From Rhodoferax sp. (GTDB lineage Bacteria > Pseudomonadota > Gammaproteobacteria > Burkholderiales > Burkholderiaceae_C), in assembly GCA_024235935.1 (NCBI GenBank), contig JACKLL010000016.1, forward strand, positions 9,436 through 73,435: DNA of 64,000 nt. Direction: 5' to 3'. Under the pieces are notes generated by a model, which saw only the letters and a list, made by a program, of their open reading frames with translations, made no database searches and was not told the DNA's origin. Position 1 is the first letter of the stretch, and the number at the start of each line of letters is the position of its first letter. The translations under genes were made by a program, and so were the position numbers. This document shows positions 19,347 through 30,757 of this stretch, in pieces.

Positions 19347-19820
19347 TCAGCCGTCGTGCTGCGCCAGCAGTTGCTGGATCCGGTTCCAGTGCGCCTCATC
19401 CACCGGGGTGATCGACAGTCGGTTGCCCCGACGCAACAGCACCAGGTCGGCCAATGCGGGGTCGGCCCGCAACTCGGGCAGGCCGAGCAGTCGCGTCTTG
19501 CGTTGGGCCTGCACATCGACCAGCAGCCAGCGGGGGGCCGCCGGATCCGATTGCGGGTCGTAATAGTCCGACTGCGCATCGAACTGCGTCGGATCGGGCC
19601 GCACGCCGGAGGCCACCTTGGCGATGCCGGCAATTCCCGGCTGTGGGCAGCTCGAGTGGTAGAACAGCACACCATCACCCACCTGCATGTCGTCGCGCAT
19701 GAAATTGCGCGCCTGGTAATTGCGCACGCCGGTCCAGGGCACGGTGCGCCGAGGTGCCGCCATGGCATCGTCGATCGAGCACTCGCTGGGCTCGGACTTC
19801 ATCAACCAGTAGCGGGCCAT
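19347..19820 (-). CDS. EVE domain protein
   Basis: YWLMKSEP, WTGVRNYQARNFMR, FYHSSC, RLSITPV. Confidence 0.93.
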   Translation of the reverse strand: MARYWLMKSEPSECSIDDAMAAPRRTVPWTGVRNYQARNFMRDDMQVGDGVLFYHSSCPQPGIAGIAKVASGVRPDPTQFDAQSDYYDPQSDPAAPRWLLVDVQAQRKTRLLGLPELRADPALADLVLLRRGNRLSITPVDEAHWNRIQQLLAQHDG

Positions 19821-19851
19821 GGTCGGGCGCCTGTGTGGCGGGATGGATCGG

Positions 19852-20739
19852 TCAGGCTTTGGCTGCGAGTTTGTCCGCCGTCTTCGTGTCGAAGTCGGCA
19901 GCATCGTGGCGCTCATGCAGCTGGCTGGAGGGCTCGCCGAAGGTCCGGTTGACCATGCGTCCGCGCTTGACCGGCGTCCGCGCGGCGATCTGGTCGGTCC
20001 AGCGTTGCACGTTCTTGTATTCCTGTACCTGCAGAAACTCGCCGGCGCTGTACAGCAGGCCCTTGGACAATGCGCCGTACCAGGGCCAGACGGCCATGTC
20101 GGCAATCGTGTAGTCCTTGCCGCCCAGGTATTCGCTCTTTGCCAGGCGCTGGTCCAGCACGTCGAGCTGGCGCTTCACCTCCATGGCGTAGCGGTTGATC
20201 GGGTACTCCATCTTGCTCGGGGCATAGGCATAGAAGTGGCCGAAGCCGCCACCCAGGAACGGCGCGCTGCCCATTTGCCAGAACAACCAGGACAGGCATT
20301 CGGCGCGCGCGGCACGCTCCGTCGGCAAGAAGGCGTTGTCGAATTTTTCGGCCAGGTACTGCAGGATGGCGCCGGACTCGAATACCCGTACCGGCGTCGG
20401 CTCGCTGTGGTCCATCAGCGCGGGAATCTTGGAGTTCGGGTTCACATCGACAAAGCCGCTGCCGAACTGGTCGCCATCCCCGATCCTGATCAGCCAGGCG
20501 TCGTACTCGGCACCGGCATGGCCCAGCGCCAGCAGTTCTTCCAGCATGATCGTGACCTTCACGCCATTGGGCGTGGCGAGCGAGTACAGCTGCATCGGAT
20601 GCTTGCCCACCGGCAGCGCCTTGTCGTGGGTGGGGCCGGAGATGGGGCGATTGATGCTGGCAAACTTGCCGCCGCTTTCCCTGTCCCAGGTCCAGATGGC
20701 GGGGGGCGTGTAGTCGTTGTTGCTGGCGGTGTCGGTCAT
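19852..20739 (-). CDS. yghU: Glutathione-dependent disulfide-bond oxidoreductase YghU
   Basis: INRPISG, LYSLATPNGVKV, NPNSKIPAL, FESGAIL, GGGFGHFYAYAP, LHERHDA. Confidence 0.93.
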   Translation of the reverse strand: MTDTASNNDYTPPAIWTWDRESGGKFASINRPISGPTHDKALPVGKHPMQLYSLATPNGVKVTIMLEELLALGHAGAEYDAWLIRIGDGDQFGSGFVDVNPNSKIPALMDHSEPTPVRVFESGAILQYLAEKFDNAFLPTERAARAECLSWLFWQMGSAPFLGGGFGHFYAYAPSKMEYPINRYAMEVKRQLDVLDQRLAKSEYLGGKDYTIADMAVWPWYGALSKGLLYSAGEFLQVQEYKNVQRWTDQIAARTPVKRGRMVNRTFGEPSSQLHERHDAADFDTKTADKLAAKA

Positions 20740-20905
20740 GGGAAGGGTGCTCCAGAAGTAGGGCGGCGCTGGACGGGGCCGGCACCGGATGGTCATGGGG
20801 ACTTTAATGGATTTGCGGTCACCTGAATGGCAGCGCGGACTTGCATGGCGCGATCGCGGCTGCAGCCTGGGTCGTGTGGCCGCACCGGGAAGCGGGCTTG
20901 CCCGC

Positions 20906-21271
20906 TCAGATCGCAATCGTCATGCCGCCGTCCGCCACCAGCGTCTGGCCGGTGATGAACGCGCAGGCATCGCTGGACACCGCGTTGTTGATCAGGATGT
21001 CGAGATGGCCGTGCTGCGCCGTGATCGCGTCGATGGCGGCATCGGCATCGGCACGCGCGCAGACGTCGAACGCGGCGATGCTGGCCTGCCCGCCGGCACG
21101 GGTGATCTCCTGCTGGCGCGCCTGCAGGCGTTGGAGATTCCAGCCATTGAGAACCACATGGGCTCCGGCCAGCGCCAGACCCGACGCCATGCCGGCACCC
21201 AGGCCGCGCGAGGCAGCGGTGACCAGGGCGACACGGCCTTGCAATGAAAACGGATCGACCACGGTGCGCAT
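20906..21271 (-). pseudogene. SDR oxidoreductase remnant with a large in-frame internal deletion
   Basis: N-terminal Rossmann part up to LDILINNA is joined directly to the C-terminal SDACAFITGQTLVADGG; no YxxxK; 121 aa versus about 250 for a typical SDR. Confidence 0.75.
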
Positions 21272-21311
21272 TCGTTGCGATGTGGTCGGCGCTTGTGCCC
21301 GTGATCGGGTT

Positions 21312-22073
21312 TCAACCCCCCATGTACAGGCCGCCAGTCACCAGCACCGCCTCGCCGGTGATGAAGCTGGCACCGTCGCTGCACAGAAAGGCGACCAGGC
21401 TGGCCACTTCGTCGGGGCGACCGAGCCGCGCCAGTGGTGTGTTGCGGATGACCTCGTCAGCACCGCTGGCCAGTTTGCGTGCCACCATCGGCGAATCGAT
21501 CACGCCGGGCGACACCGCGTTGACACGGATGCCGGGGCCGAACTCGCGCGCCAGCGTGCGGGTCAGTGACACCAGCGCGCCCTTGGTGGCGCCATAGTGC
21601 CCATGTTCCACGCTGCCGCCGGTATGCCCGGACATCGACGACATCAGCACGATGGCGCCACCGGTCTTGTCCATATGCGCGACCGCGCTGCGTACCAGGT
21701 AGAACACGCCGTTCAGGTTCACCGCCATGGTGCGCTCCCACTGGGCCGGCGTCATGCTGCGCAGCAGCTGGTCTTCGTAGATGGCGGCGGCGGGCACCAG
21801 ATAGTCGAGCCGGCCGAAGCGCGCCCCACAGGCGTCGACCAGGGCCTGCGCATCCTTGGGTGACGCGGCGTCGTAGGCCATGGCCAGGGTATGCGCACCA
21901 GCAGGGTCAAGTTCGTGTGCCGTGGCAGCGAGCGCGTCGCCGCGCAGGTCTGCCATGGCGACGCTGGCGCCGCTGCGCAAGAAGAGTTCGGCGGTGGCGC
22001 GGCCGATGCCACTGGCCGCGCCGGTGATCAACACCACCCGGTTCTGGAAGTCGTACTGGATCTGTGCGCGCAT
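21312..22073 (-). CDS. SDR family oxidoreductase (FabG-like)
   Basis: TGAASGIG, YGATK catalytic motif, VNAVSPG, FITGE. Confidence 0.9.
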   Translation of the reverse strand: MRAQIQYDFQNRVVLITGAASGIGRATAELFLRSGASVAMADLRGDALAATAHELDPAGAHTLAMAYDAASPKDAQALVDACGARFGRLDYLVPAAAIYEDQLLRSMTPAQWERTMAVNLNGVFYLVRSAVAHMDKTGGAIVLMSSMSGHTGGSVEHGHYGATKGALVSLTRTLAREFGPGIRVNAVSPGVIDSPMVARKLASGADEVIRNTPLARLGRPDEVASLVAFLCSDGASFITGEAVLVTGGLYMGG

Positions 22074-22076
22074 GGC

Positions 22077-23258
22077 TCAGCGGGCAAACAGTGCGGCCGC
22101 GTTGTCGCAATAACGGGCGACCTTGTCCGGGTCGAGTTCGACGCCCAGGCCGGGGCGGTCCGGGATCTGCAGGTAACCGTCGCTGTCGAGCGTGAAGGGC
22201 TGCTGCAGAATGCCGTCGACATACGGGCTTCCGCCGATATATTCAACCAGGTCGCTGTCGTGGATCGCGCTGGCCAGTTGCAGGTCGGCGGCCAGGCCGA
22301 GCGCGGTATTCCAGCCGTGGCCGATGTACTGGACGCCGAAGTCCTGCGCCATCCATGCGATCCGGCGCTGCTCGCTGATGCCACCGACCTTGGTGACGTC
22401 GGGTTGCACGATGTCGAAGGCGCCGCGCGAGAGCCAGGGCAGAAAGGTCTGGCGCCGTGTCAGCACTTCGCCACCGGCAATCTTGACCGGGCTGGCGCGA
22501 CGCAGTTCGCAGAAGTCGTCGATGGCGTCGGGCTTGAGTGCCTCCTCGAACCAGCCCACATCATGCTCGGCCAGCATGTCGGCCGTCCGCAGCGCCCATT
22601 TGAGTCCGTGCGGCCAATAGGCATCGCTGGCGCCGGCGTCGACCATCAGTCTGGCCGCCGGCCCGGCGGCTTCGCGCGCGGCTTTCACGATGGCCGCATC
22701 GAGTTTGTGGTCCATGGCGCGGCCGAACGGGCCCCATCCGATCTTGAACGCGGTGAAACCCAGCTTTCGGTAGGTCGTGATGAGGTCGAACATCTCCCTG
22801 GGATGCTCCATCAGCAGCGAGCAGTATGGCTGTACCCGCTGGCGGTAGCTCCCGCCCAGCAAGTGGCCGACCGGCATGCCGGTCGCCTTGCCCAGGATGT
22901 CCCACAGTGCGATGTCGATGCCGCTGATGGCATGTGTGAGGCTGCCGCCACGGCCCATCCAGAAGCTGTTCTGGTGCAGCTTCTCGCTGACGCGTTCGGG
23001 CTCCAGCGCGTTCTCGCCCAGGAACAGGGGCTCCAGCACCTTGAGCGCGGCCTGCACCAGGCGGCCATCGGTGAACACGCTGCCGTAGCCGGTGATGCCG
23101 GCGTCGGTATGCACGGCCACCAGCGCGTGGACCGAGTCCTCGGGCTTGATCTCGGCGGACCAGCCGCCCTTGGGGCTTTCGCCTGTGAGCGCCGCGCTGG
23201 TGATGGCGCGGATCCTGACGGGTTGCAGGCGGGCGACGGGGGGCGGGGTAGTGGACAT
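22077..23258 (-). CDS. Mandelate racemase/muconate lactonizing (enolase superfamily) enzyme
   Basis: SGIDIALWDILGK; metal ligands in MVDAG / FEEAL / GGE; QPDVTKVGGI. Confidence 0.9.
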   Translation of the reverse strand: MSTTPPPVARLQPVRIRAITSAALTGESPKGGWSAEIKPEDSVHALVAVHTDAGITGYGSVFTDGRLVQAALKVLEPLFLGENALEPERVSEKLHQNSFWMGRGGSLTHAISGIDIALWDILGKATGMPVGHLLGGSYRQRVQPYCSLLMEHPREMFDLITTYRKLGFTAFKIGWGPFGRAMDHKLDAAIVKAAREAAGPAARLMVDAGASDAYWPHGLKWALRTADMLAEHDVGWFEEALKPDAIDDFCELRRASPVKIAGGEVLTRRQTFLPWLSRGAFDIVQPDVTKVGGISEQRRIAWMAQDFGVQYIGHGWNTALGLAADLQLASAIHDSDLVEYIGGSPYVDGILQQPFTLDSDGYLQIPDRPGLGVELDPDKVARYCDNAAALFAR

Positions 23259-23271
23259 GGCGGGTGCTTGT

Positions 23272-24033
23272 TCAGGCGGGTGAGGTTTTGCGCTGCGCGT
23301 CGGCACGGCGCTCGGCAATGATCTTTTCCAGGTCGACCTTGTGAATCTCGACATCGATGTGGTCGCTGATGGCGCGCGCCATGTCGGCCACCTTGCCGGA
23401 GCGGAATACACGGATCAGCTCCCAGTGTTCCTCCACGATGGCCTCCATCGGCTTGCCCAGTGCGGACAAACCGAAGATGATGGTCATCTGGCGGGCCAGC
23501 ATTTCCCACATGTCGCTGAGCACCGCGTTGCCGGCGTAGCTGCACAGCGTGCGGTGAAAGGCCGTGTCGGCGGTCGCGAAACCGAAGACCTCGTTGCGCG
23601 CGGCCATGGTTTCCATGTCGTGCACGATGGACTCCAGCTCCTGCAGGTGTGCAGCGTCATTGCGCTTGAGCCGGATGGCGCGGGTGGCTGCCGTGGTCTC
23701 CAGCGCCACGCGCACCTCGATCAGCTGGTCGATCCGGTCATGGCTGACCGGCGTCAGGCGAATGCCCTTGTACGGCTCGTTCACCACCACGCCCTGGCTC
23801 TCGAGCACGCGCAAGGCCTCGCGCACCGGAACCCGGCTGACGCCGAGCTGCTCGGCCAGGTCAGCTTCGATGATGCGGTCGCCCGGCAGGATCAGGCCTT
23901 CGGATGCGCCGGCGACCAGCGCTTCTATGACCTGGTGCACCAGCGTGCGGGGTTGCAGCTTGCCGAAAGTCTGAGGCGACGACGGGCTGGCCGGGTCGAC
24001 CAGATGCAGGGACTTCATGAGCGATTTCGCCAT
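23272..24033 (-). CDS. GntR (FCD) family transcriptional regulator
   Basis: EADLAEQLGVSRVPVREAL HTH; DTAFH and EEHWEL in the FCD domain. Confidence 0.92.
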   Translation of the reverse strand: MAKSLMKSLHLVDPASPSSPQTFGKLQPRTLVHQVIEALVAGASEGLILPGDRIIEADLAEQLGVSRVPVREALRVLESQGVVVNEPYKGIRLTPVSHDRIDQLIEVRVALETTAATRAIRLKRNDAAHLQELESIVHDMETMAARNEVFGFATADTAFHRTLCSYAGNAVLSDMWEMLARQMTIIFGLSALGKPMEAIVEEHWELIRVFRSGKVADMARAISDHIDVEIHKVDLEKIIAERRADAQRKTSPA

Positions 24034-24039
24034 TTGAAC

Positions 24040-24051
24040 ATTGTATACATT
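24040..24051. promoter_or_regulatory. Putative GntR operator in the divergent promoter
   Basis: ATTGTATACATT with perfect TGTATACA core inside a 65-bp AT-rich spacer; fits the TnGT-(N)-ACnA pattern of FadR-type GntR boxes. Confidence 0.6.
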
Positions 24052-24098
24052 TATAAATTATGCTATTCTGAATTTACACGCAACCTGATCCGGACGCC

Positions 24099-25172
24099 AT
24101 GCCAAAGACCCAGAGCCTGCAAACACCACCTGCAACACCGGTGGCGGATCCCAGTCCGAGCCGCGTCCGATGCGACGTCGATTTTGACCGGCCCGGGCGC
24201 CAGGCGGCGTATCTGAAGGCTCCGCAGTCGCGCAATACCTCGGGCTGGGGCGTGGTCGAGATTCCGATCTATGTATTCAAGAACGGCAAGGGCCCCACGC
24301 TGCTGTTGACGGGTGGTGTGCATGGCGACGAATACGAGGGACAGATCGCGATTTCCCGGCTGGCACAGACGCTGGACGTCAAGAAGCTCAAGGGGCGGCT
24401 GATCCTGATCCCGGCGGTGAACATACCTGCGGCGCTCAATGCCACGCGACTGTCTCCGATCGACGGACGGGACATGAACCGCTGCTTTCCCGGCGACCCC
24501 AAGGGGACGTTCTCACAAATGCTGGCCCATTTCATCGACAGCAAGGTGTTGCCGCATGTCGATGTGTCGGTCGACATGCACACCGCCGGACATTCCGCAG
24601 ACTGCGTGCCCAGCACCAACATGCATTACGTCGCCGATGCGGCGTTGCGTCGGCGCACCATGGATGCGGCGGCGGCTTTCGGTGCGCCCTACAACGTGGT
24701 CTTCTGGGGCGTGGACGAAGGCGCCACGCTGACCTCGTCGGTCGAGCGTCGCGGCATCCTGTCGCTGGGAACCGAGATCGGCGGTTGGGGCCGTGTCAGT
24801 GTGGAAGGCGTGCGGATCGGCGAGCGCGGCGTGCGCAACATGCTCAAGCACCTGGGCATGGTGGGTGGCAAGCTCGACACGGTCCAGCGCAGTGGCGCCA
24901 AGGGCACGCGCCACATGATGGTGCAGGGCGCCGACTGTTACAGCTTTGCGCCAGCCGGTGGCATCTTCGAGCCGCGCCATCTGGCGGGCGATACGGTGAA
25001 GGCCGGACAGACCGCCGGCTTTCTTCACCTCATCGAGGACCTGGACCATGCGCCGGTCGAAGTCCTCTATGGCGCCAGCGGCGTCTTGTGGATGGCGTCC
25101 GGCCCGGGCCGCGTTCAGCGTGGCGACTGCGTGGCTGTGGTGATGCAGGACTATGTCGACCCCGAGCACTGA
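24099..25172 (+). CDS. Succinylglutamate desuccinylase/aspartoacylase family (M14-like) hydrolase
   Basis: GGVHGDEYEG, DMNRCFPG, DMHTAG, GTEIGG zinc/catalytic motifs. Confidence 0.9.
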   Translation: MPKTQSLQTPPATPVADPSPSRVRCDVDFDRPGRQAAYLKAPQSRNTSGWGVVEIPIYVFKNGKGPTLLLTGGVHGDEYEGQIAISRLAQTLDVKKLKGRLILIPAVNIPAALNATRLSPIDGRDMNRCFPGDPKGTFSQMLAHFIDSKVLPHVDVSVDMHTAGHSADCVPSTNMHYVADAALRRRTMDAAAAFGAPYNVVFWGVDEGATLTSSVERRGILSLGTEIGGWGRVSVEGVRIGERGVRNMLKHLGMVGGKLDTVQRSGAKGTRHMMVQGADCYSFAPAGGIFEPRHLAGDTVKAGQTAGFLHLIEDLDHAPVEVLYGASGVLWMASGPGRVQRGDCVAVVMQDYVDPEH

Positions 25173-25263
25173 TCTTCGGCAACAACTTTCCTTCCGAGGG
25201 TGCGCGCACCCTGTTTATGGCAATCCTCCCGCGCCGCGGGCCCAACACAAGGAGAAAGTGTCC

Positions 25264-26790
25264 ATGAAACTGAAATTCCTTCACCTCGCACTGGCCGCAG
25301 CCCTGGCGATCGGCGTGGCGGCTCCGGCCGCGGCCCAAAAAAGGGGCGGTGATGTGGTGGTGGCCATCACCAATGCGCCGCCGTCGCTGGACCCGCACGC
25401 CACCTCGGCCCAGGCAGCGCGCCATGTCAATCTGCACATGTTCGAGACCTTGTATGCCCGCGACGAAGGAGCCAAGCCGGTGCCGGACCTGGCCAGGTCG
25501 GTCGCGGTGTCGCCCGACGGACTGACCTATGTGTTCACCTTGCGCAGTGGCGTCAAATTCCACAATGGCAAGACCATGGGGCCTGCCGATGTGGTCGCAT
25601 CGATCGAACGCTACCGCAAGGGCGGCGCATCGGCAAGCCTGATCAGTGCCATCGACAGCGTCAGCGCCAGCGGACCGGACCAGGTCACGATCAAGCTCAA
25701 GACGGTGCAGTCGACTTTCCTGGGCAACCTGTCGAGCCCGCGTGCGCCGATTGCCATCATGCCGGCCGAGGAGGCGGCCAAGGAGATGGGCAAGGCATCT
25801 CCGATCGGCACCGGACCATACAAGTTCGTTGAATACAAGCCCGACAGCCACGTGAAGCTGGCCCGCTTCGAGGACTATGTGCCCAATCCCGCCTACAAGG
25901 AACGCGACGGATTTGCCGGCGCCAAGATCGCGTATCTGGATACCGTGACCTTCCGTTTCATTCCCGAGGCCGGCGCACGTGATGCCGCCACGATGACGGG
26001 GCAGGTGCAGCTGAACGAGACCAGCGACGAGGCCACCGCCAAGCGGCTCAAGGGCAATCCGAACTTCACGGTGATGAAGGCCTTGCCGTATGCGGTCCAG
26101 GTGCTCAAGTTCAACATGGCGCAAGGGCCCGGTACCGATCTCAACTTCCGCCGTGCGATCGCGCAGGCCATCAACGCGGAAGAAATCCTGGGAACGGCTT
26201 ATCCGGACCTGTACCTGATGGACCAGAGCTGGGTCTACCCTGGTTCGCCCTACCATACCGGTCGTGCGCTGCTCAAGCAGGACGTCGCTGCGGCAAAGGC
26301 CAGCCTGGCCAAGTCGAGCTACAAGGGCGAGAAGCTGATCTTCATCATCGACAACATCCGGCCCAACGTGGATGCTGCCACGGTGTTCCAGCAACAGGTC
26401 GCCGCCATCGGCGTGAATGTGGAACTCAAGGTCGGCGACTGGCCGACGATTTCGGGCATCGGCCTCAAGAGTGACCAGGGCTGGAACTTCTGGACCCACG
26501 GTTTCGGCATCGAGCCATACGAAGGCCCGGCCTCGGCGATGTCGCACTGGGTCAAGGGCCAGGGACAGCGCAAGGACGATCCGGTGATCGACGAACTGTT
26601 CGCCAAGCTCAACGGCGAGATGGATGTCGCCGTGCAGAAGAAGCTGTTCGCCGACTTCGAGAACCGCATGGCGGACCAGGCGATCGCGATCAACCTGGGC
26701 GATTACGGCCTGTTCCAGGTGGTTTCGAACAAGCTGAAGAACTTCAAGCCCTACCGCATCACCCGCATGTGGGGCGTGTGGCTCGAGTAA
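25264..26790 (+). CDS. ABC transporter substrate-binding protein, family 5 (Dpp/Opp-like)
   Basis: Signal peptide; SLDPH, LRSGVKFHNG, IGTGPYKF; AAGGAG RBS. Confidence 0.92.
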   Translation: MKLKFLHLALAAALAIGVAAPAAAQKRGGDVVVAITNAPPSLDPHATSAQAARHVNLHMFETLYARDEGAKPVPDLARSVAVSPDGLTYVFTLRSGVKFHNGKTMGPADVVASIERYRKGGASASLISAIDSVSASGPDQVTIKLKTVQSTFLGNLSSPRAPIAIMPAEEAAKEMGKASPIGTGPYKFVEYKPDSHVKLARFEDYVPNPAYKERDGFAGAKIAYLDTVTFRFIPEAGARDAATMTGQVQLNETSDEATAKRLKGNPNFTVMKALPYAVQVLKFNMAQGPGTDLNFRRAIAQAINAEEILGTAYPDLYLMDQSWVYPGSPYHTGRALLKQDVAAAKASLAKSSYKGEKLIFIIDNIRPNVDAATVFQQQVAAIGVNVELKVGDWPTISGIGLKSDQGWNFWTHGFGIEPYEGPASAMSHWVKGQGQRKDDPVIDELFAKLNGEMDVAVQKKLFADFENRMADQAIAINLGDYGLFQVVSNKLKNFKPYRITRMWGVWLE

Positions 26791-26885
26791 GCCTGAGGAC
26801 AGGCACTGTCAACAGTCTGAACTGCGACCGCGCATATGCCGCGGGGTCGCAGTGCTGCAGCCTGACCCATTCACCCATCTGCTGA

Positions 26886-27830
26886 ATGATCCGTTTCATC
26901 CTGCGCCGCCTGCTCGCGTCGATTCCAGTGCTGCTGCTGGTGTCGCTGATCACGTTCGGCCTGTTGTGGCTGGTGCCGGGCGATCCGGCCTCGATGTTTC
27001 TGGACGCTGGCGCCACGGCCGAGGCGCTGGACCGGGTACGGCGTGAAATGGGGCTGGACCAGCCTTTTCTGGTGCGCATGGCGCAGTGGTACGGGCGGGT
27101 GCTGCAAGGCGATCTGGGCCAGTCGCTGCTGCTCAACCGCAGCGTCGCCGGCGCGATCCTGGAGCGTTTGCCGGTCACGCTGTCACTCACCGCGCTGGCG
27201 TTCGTGGTTTCGGTCATGCTGGGCGTGGCCGCCGGCGTGCTGGCCGCAGTGCGGCACGGCCGGCTGGCCGACCAGGGCATGATGACGCTGGCACTGATCG
27301 GCTTGTCGATTCCCGAGTTCTGGCTCGGACTGGTGCTGATCTGGCTGATCGCGGTGATGGTGCCGATCTTCCCGGCGGGAGACTATGTGGCATTTGCCAC
27401 CGATCCCTGGCAGTGGGCATACCACATTGCGCTACCGACCTTCTCGCTGGCCTGCGTGCAGATGGGTTTTGTCGCGCGCATGACGCGCTCGAGCATGCTC
27501 GAGGTGCTGGGCCAGGACTTCATACGCACCGCGCGTGCCAAGGGTTTGCCCGAGTCGTATGTCGTGGTGCGCCACGGCCTGCACAATGCGATGGTGCCGA
27601 TCGTCACGGTCATGGGCATCATGGTCGGTGCCTTGCTCGGCGGCGCGGTGGTGACCGAACAGGTGTTCTCGATTCCTGGGCTGGGCCGGCTCATCATTGG
27701 CGCCGTGCTCAGCCGCGACTTTCCGGTGATCCAGGGCGGCCTGCTGTTCCTGGCGCTGATCTACCTGGCGGTGAACCTGGCCGTGGACCTGCTGTATGCG
27801 GCGATCGATCCGCGGGTGAGACTGGAATGA
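26886..27830 (+). CDS. ABC transporter permease (DppB-like)
   Basis: PGDPA, GDLGQS, FIRTARAKGL EAA loop, DPRVR. Confidence 0.92.
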   Translation: MIRFILRRLLASIPVLLLVSLITFGLLWLVPGDPASMFLDAGATAEALDRVRREMGLDQPFLVRMAQWYGRVLQGDLGQSLLLNRSVAGAILERLPVTLSLTALAFVVSVMLGVAAGVLAAVRHGRLADQGMMTLALIGLSIPEFWLGLVLIWLIAVMVPIFPAGDYVAFATDPWQWAYHIALPTFSLACVQMGFVARMTRSSMLEVLGQDFIRTARAKGLPESYVVVRHGLHNAMVPIVTVMGIMVGALLGGAVVTEQVFSIPGLGRLIIGAVLSRDFPVIQGGLLFLALIYLAVNLAVDLLYAAIDPRVRLE

Positions 27831-28712
27831 GCGCAGCGGCACACACAGCAACCACCGTCGCGCCACCGCCGTCGTCGCGCCACCTTGCCTTCCTGCGGCG
27901 CCTGCTGGCGAATCGCTCGTTCACGATCGGACTGGTGCTGGTCGGCGCGGTGGTGCTGATGGCACTGCTGGCCAATTTGATCGCGCCCTTCGATCCGCTC
28001 AAGGGCAACTTCAAGGCACGGATGGTGCCGCCAGGTGCCGGGCACTGGCTGGGCACCGACCATTTCGGGCGCGACATCCTGTCGCGCATCCTGCATGGTG
28101 CCCAGGTGTCGCTGCGCATCGGGTTTCTGGTGGCGCTGTTCACTGCCGTGGCTGGTGCCGTCATCGGCGCGACGGCCGGGTATTTCCGTTACGCCGACGG
28201 ACCGGTGATGCGCCTGATGGATGCGTTCATGGCCTTCCCGCCCATCATCCTGGCGATCGCCATCAGCGCAGTGCTGGGAGCTTCGGTGACCAATGTGGTG
28301 ATCGCGCTGGCGATCGCGGCCACGCCGCATACCGCGCGGGTGGTGCGGGCCTCGGTGATGGTGGTGCGCGAGATGGAATACGTCGAGGCGGCGCGTGCTC
28401 TGGGCGCCGGTCATGCACGGATACTGCTGCGCCATGTGCTCGCCAACGCAATGGCGCCGCTGGTGGTGCGGGTGACCTATGTGTTTGCCATTGCCATCCT
28501 GAACGAGGCGGTGTTGTCGTTCATCGGTGTCGGGCCGCCTCCGCCGACACCGACCTTCGGCGCCATCATCGCCAATGGCCGCGACTTCATCGTGGCTGCG
28601 CCCTGGATCACCGTGGCGCCGGGTATGGCGATCCTGGTCAGTGTGCTGGGGCTGAACATGCTCGGCGATGGACTGCGCGACGTGCTGGATCCGCGCATGG
28701 CGGTGACCACCG

Positions 28713-28716
<4 letters not shown>
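27827..28716 (+). CDS. ABC transporter permease (DppC-like); expected stop near 28716 is out of frame as sequenced and the frame runs on to 28900
   Basis: ATGA overlap with the previous gene; HWLGTDHFGRD, EYVEAARALG, GDGLRDVLDPR. Confidence 0.85.
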
Positions 28717-29728
<1,012 letters not shown>

Positions 29729-29732
<4 letters not shown>

Positions 29733-30720
29733 CGCAGCCTTCCATCCCCTGATCGAGGCGCGGGGCCTGCAAGTACTTCAGCGCCATCAGGGGTTCCTGG
29801 CAAACCGGTGCCGCCGCTGCGCCGGTCGATGGTGTGGACCTGCAGATCGCGACCGGCGAGACGCTGGGCCTGGTGGGCGAATCGGGTTGCGGAAAGTCCA
29901 CCACCGGGCGTCTGCTGCTGCGCCTGATCGAACCCAGCGGCGGCAGCATCCTGCACCACGGACAGGACATCACCACACTCGACGCCGCCGGCATGCGCGT
30001 CAAGCGCCGCGCCATGCAGATCGTGTTCCAGGACCCGTACGGTTCGCTGAACCCGCGCATGCGGGTGGACGACATCATTGCCGAGCCGCTGGTGATCCAC
30101 GGCGTGGGCCAGCGCGGCGAAGCCGTGCCGCGCGGGTACGCGAACTGCTGCAACTGGTCAGCCTGCCCGAGACGGCCTTGCAGCGCTACCCGCACGAGTT
30201 CTCCGGCGGCCAGCGCCAGCGCATCGGCATTGCGCGTGCATTGGCGCTGCAGCCCGAATTCATCGTCGCCGACGAGGCGGTCTCGGCGCTCGACGTGTCG
30301 GTGCAGGCCCAGGTCATCAACCTGATGCGGGAACTGCAGCGCGACCTGAAACTGACCTATCTGTTCATCTCGCACAACCTGGCGGTGGTGCGCAACATCA
30401 GCGACCGGGTCGCCGTGATGTATCTGGGCCGCATTGTCGAGGTCGCGCCGGCCGGGCAGCTGTTTGCCCATCCGCGTCATCCTTACACCCAGGCCTTGCT
30501 GGCGGCCTTGCCGAGCGAGCATCCTTCGCAACGCCGCACCCGCGCGCTGATCCGCGGCGACATGCCAGACCCGGACACCATCGGCACCGGCTGCCGTTTT
30601 GCCAGTCGCTGTCCGCACATGCTGCCGCGTTGCCAGGTCGAAGACCCGCAACTGATCAACCTTCAAGGCGGCCAGCAGGTGGCCTGCCTGCGGGTTGCCG
30701 ATGGCAGCCTGCCCGACTGA
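29729..30720 (+). pseudogene. ABC ATP-binding protein (DppF-like), frameshifted in the 5' half; may be intact in the true genome
   Basis: GESGCGKS and [10 protein letters not shown] in one frame; [17 protein letters not shown] and GCRFASRCP in another. Confidence 0.7.
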
Positions 30721-30757
30721 GGCACCTGCGGCCTTGCATTTGTCAAGAGGAGTTCCC

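Noticed and set aside
19347-19820. EVE, PIN and DNA glycosylase as parts of an anti-phage system
   Set aside because: The three genes are 16-39 kb apart in housekeeping contexts, with no nuclease fusion or defence-island neighbours.
24099-25172. Ectoine catabolism (doeB/eutE) cluster
   Set aside because: Same hydrolase family, but no M24 ectoine hydrolase, aminotransferase or ectoine-type transporter is nearby.
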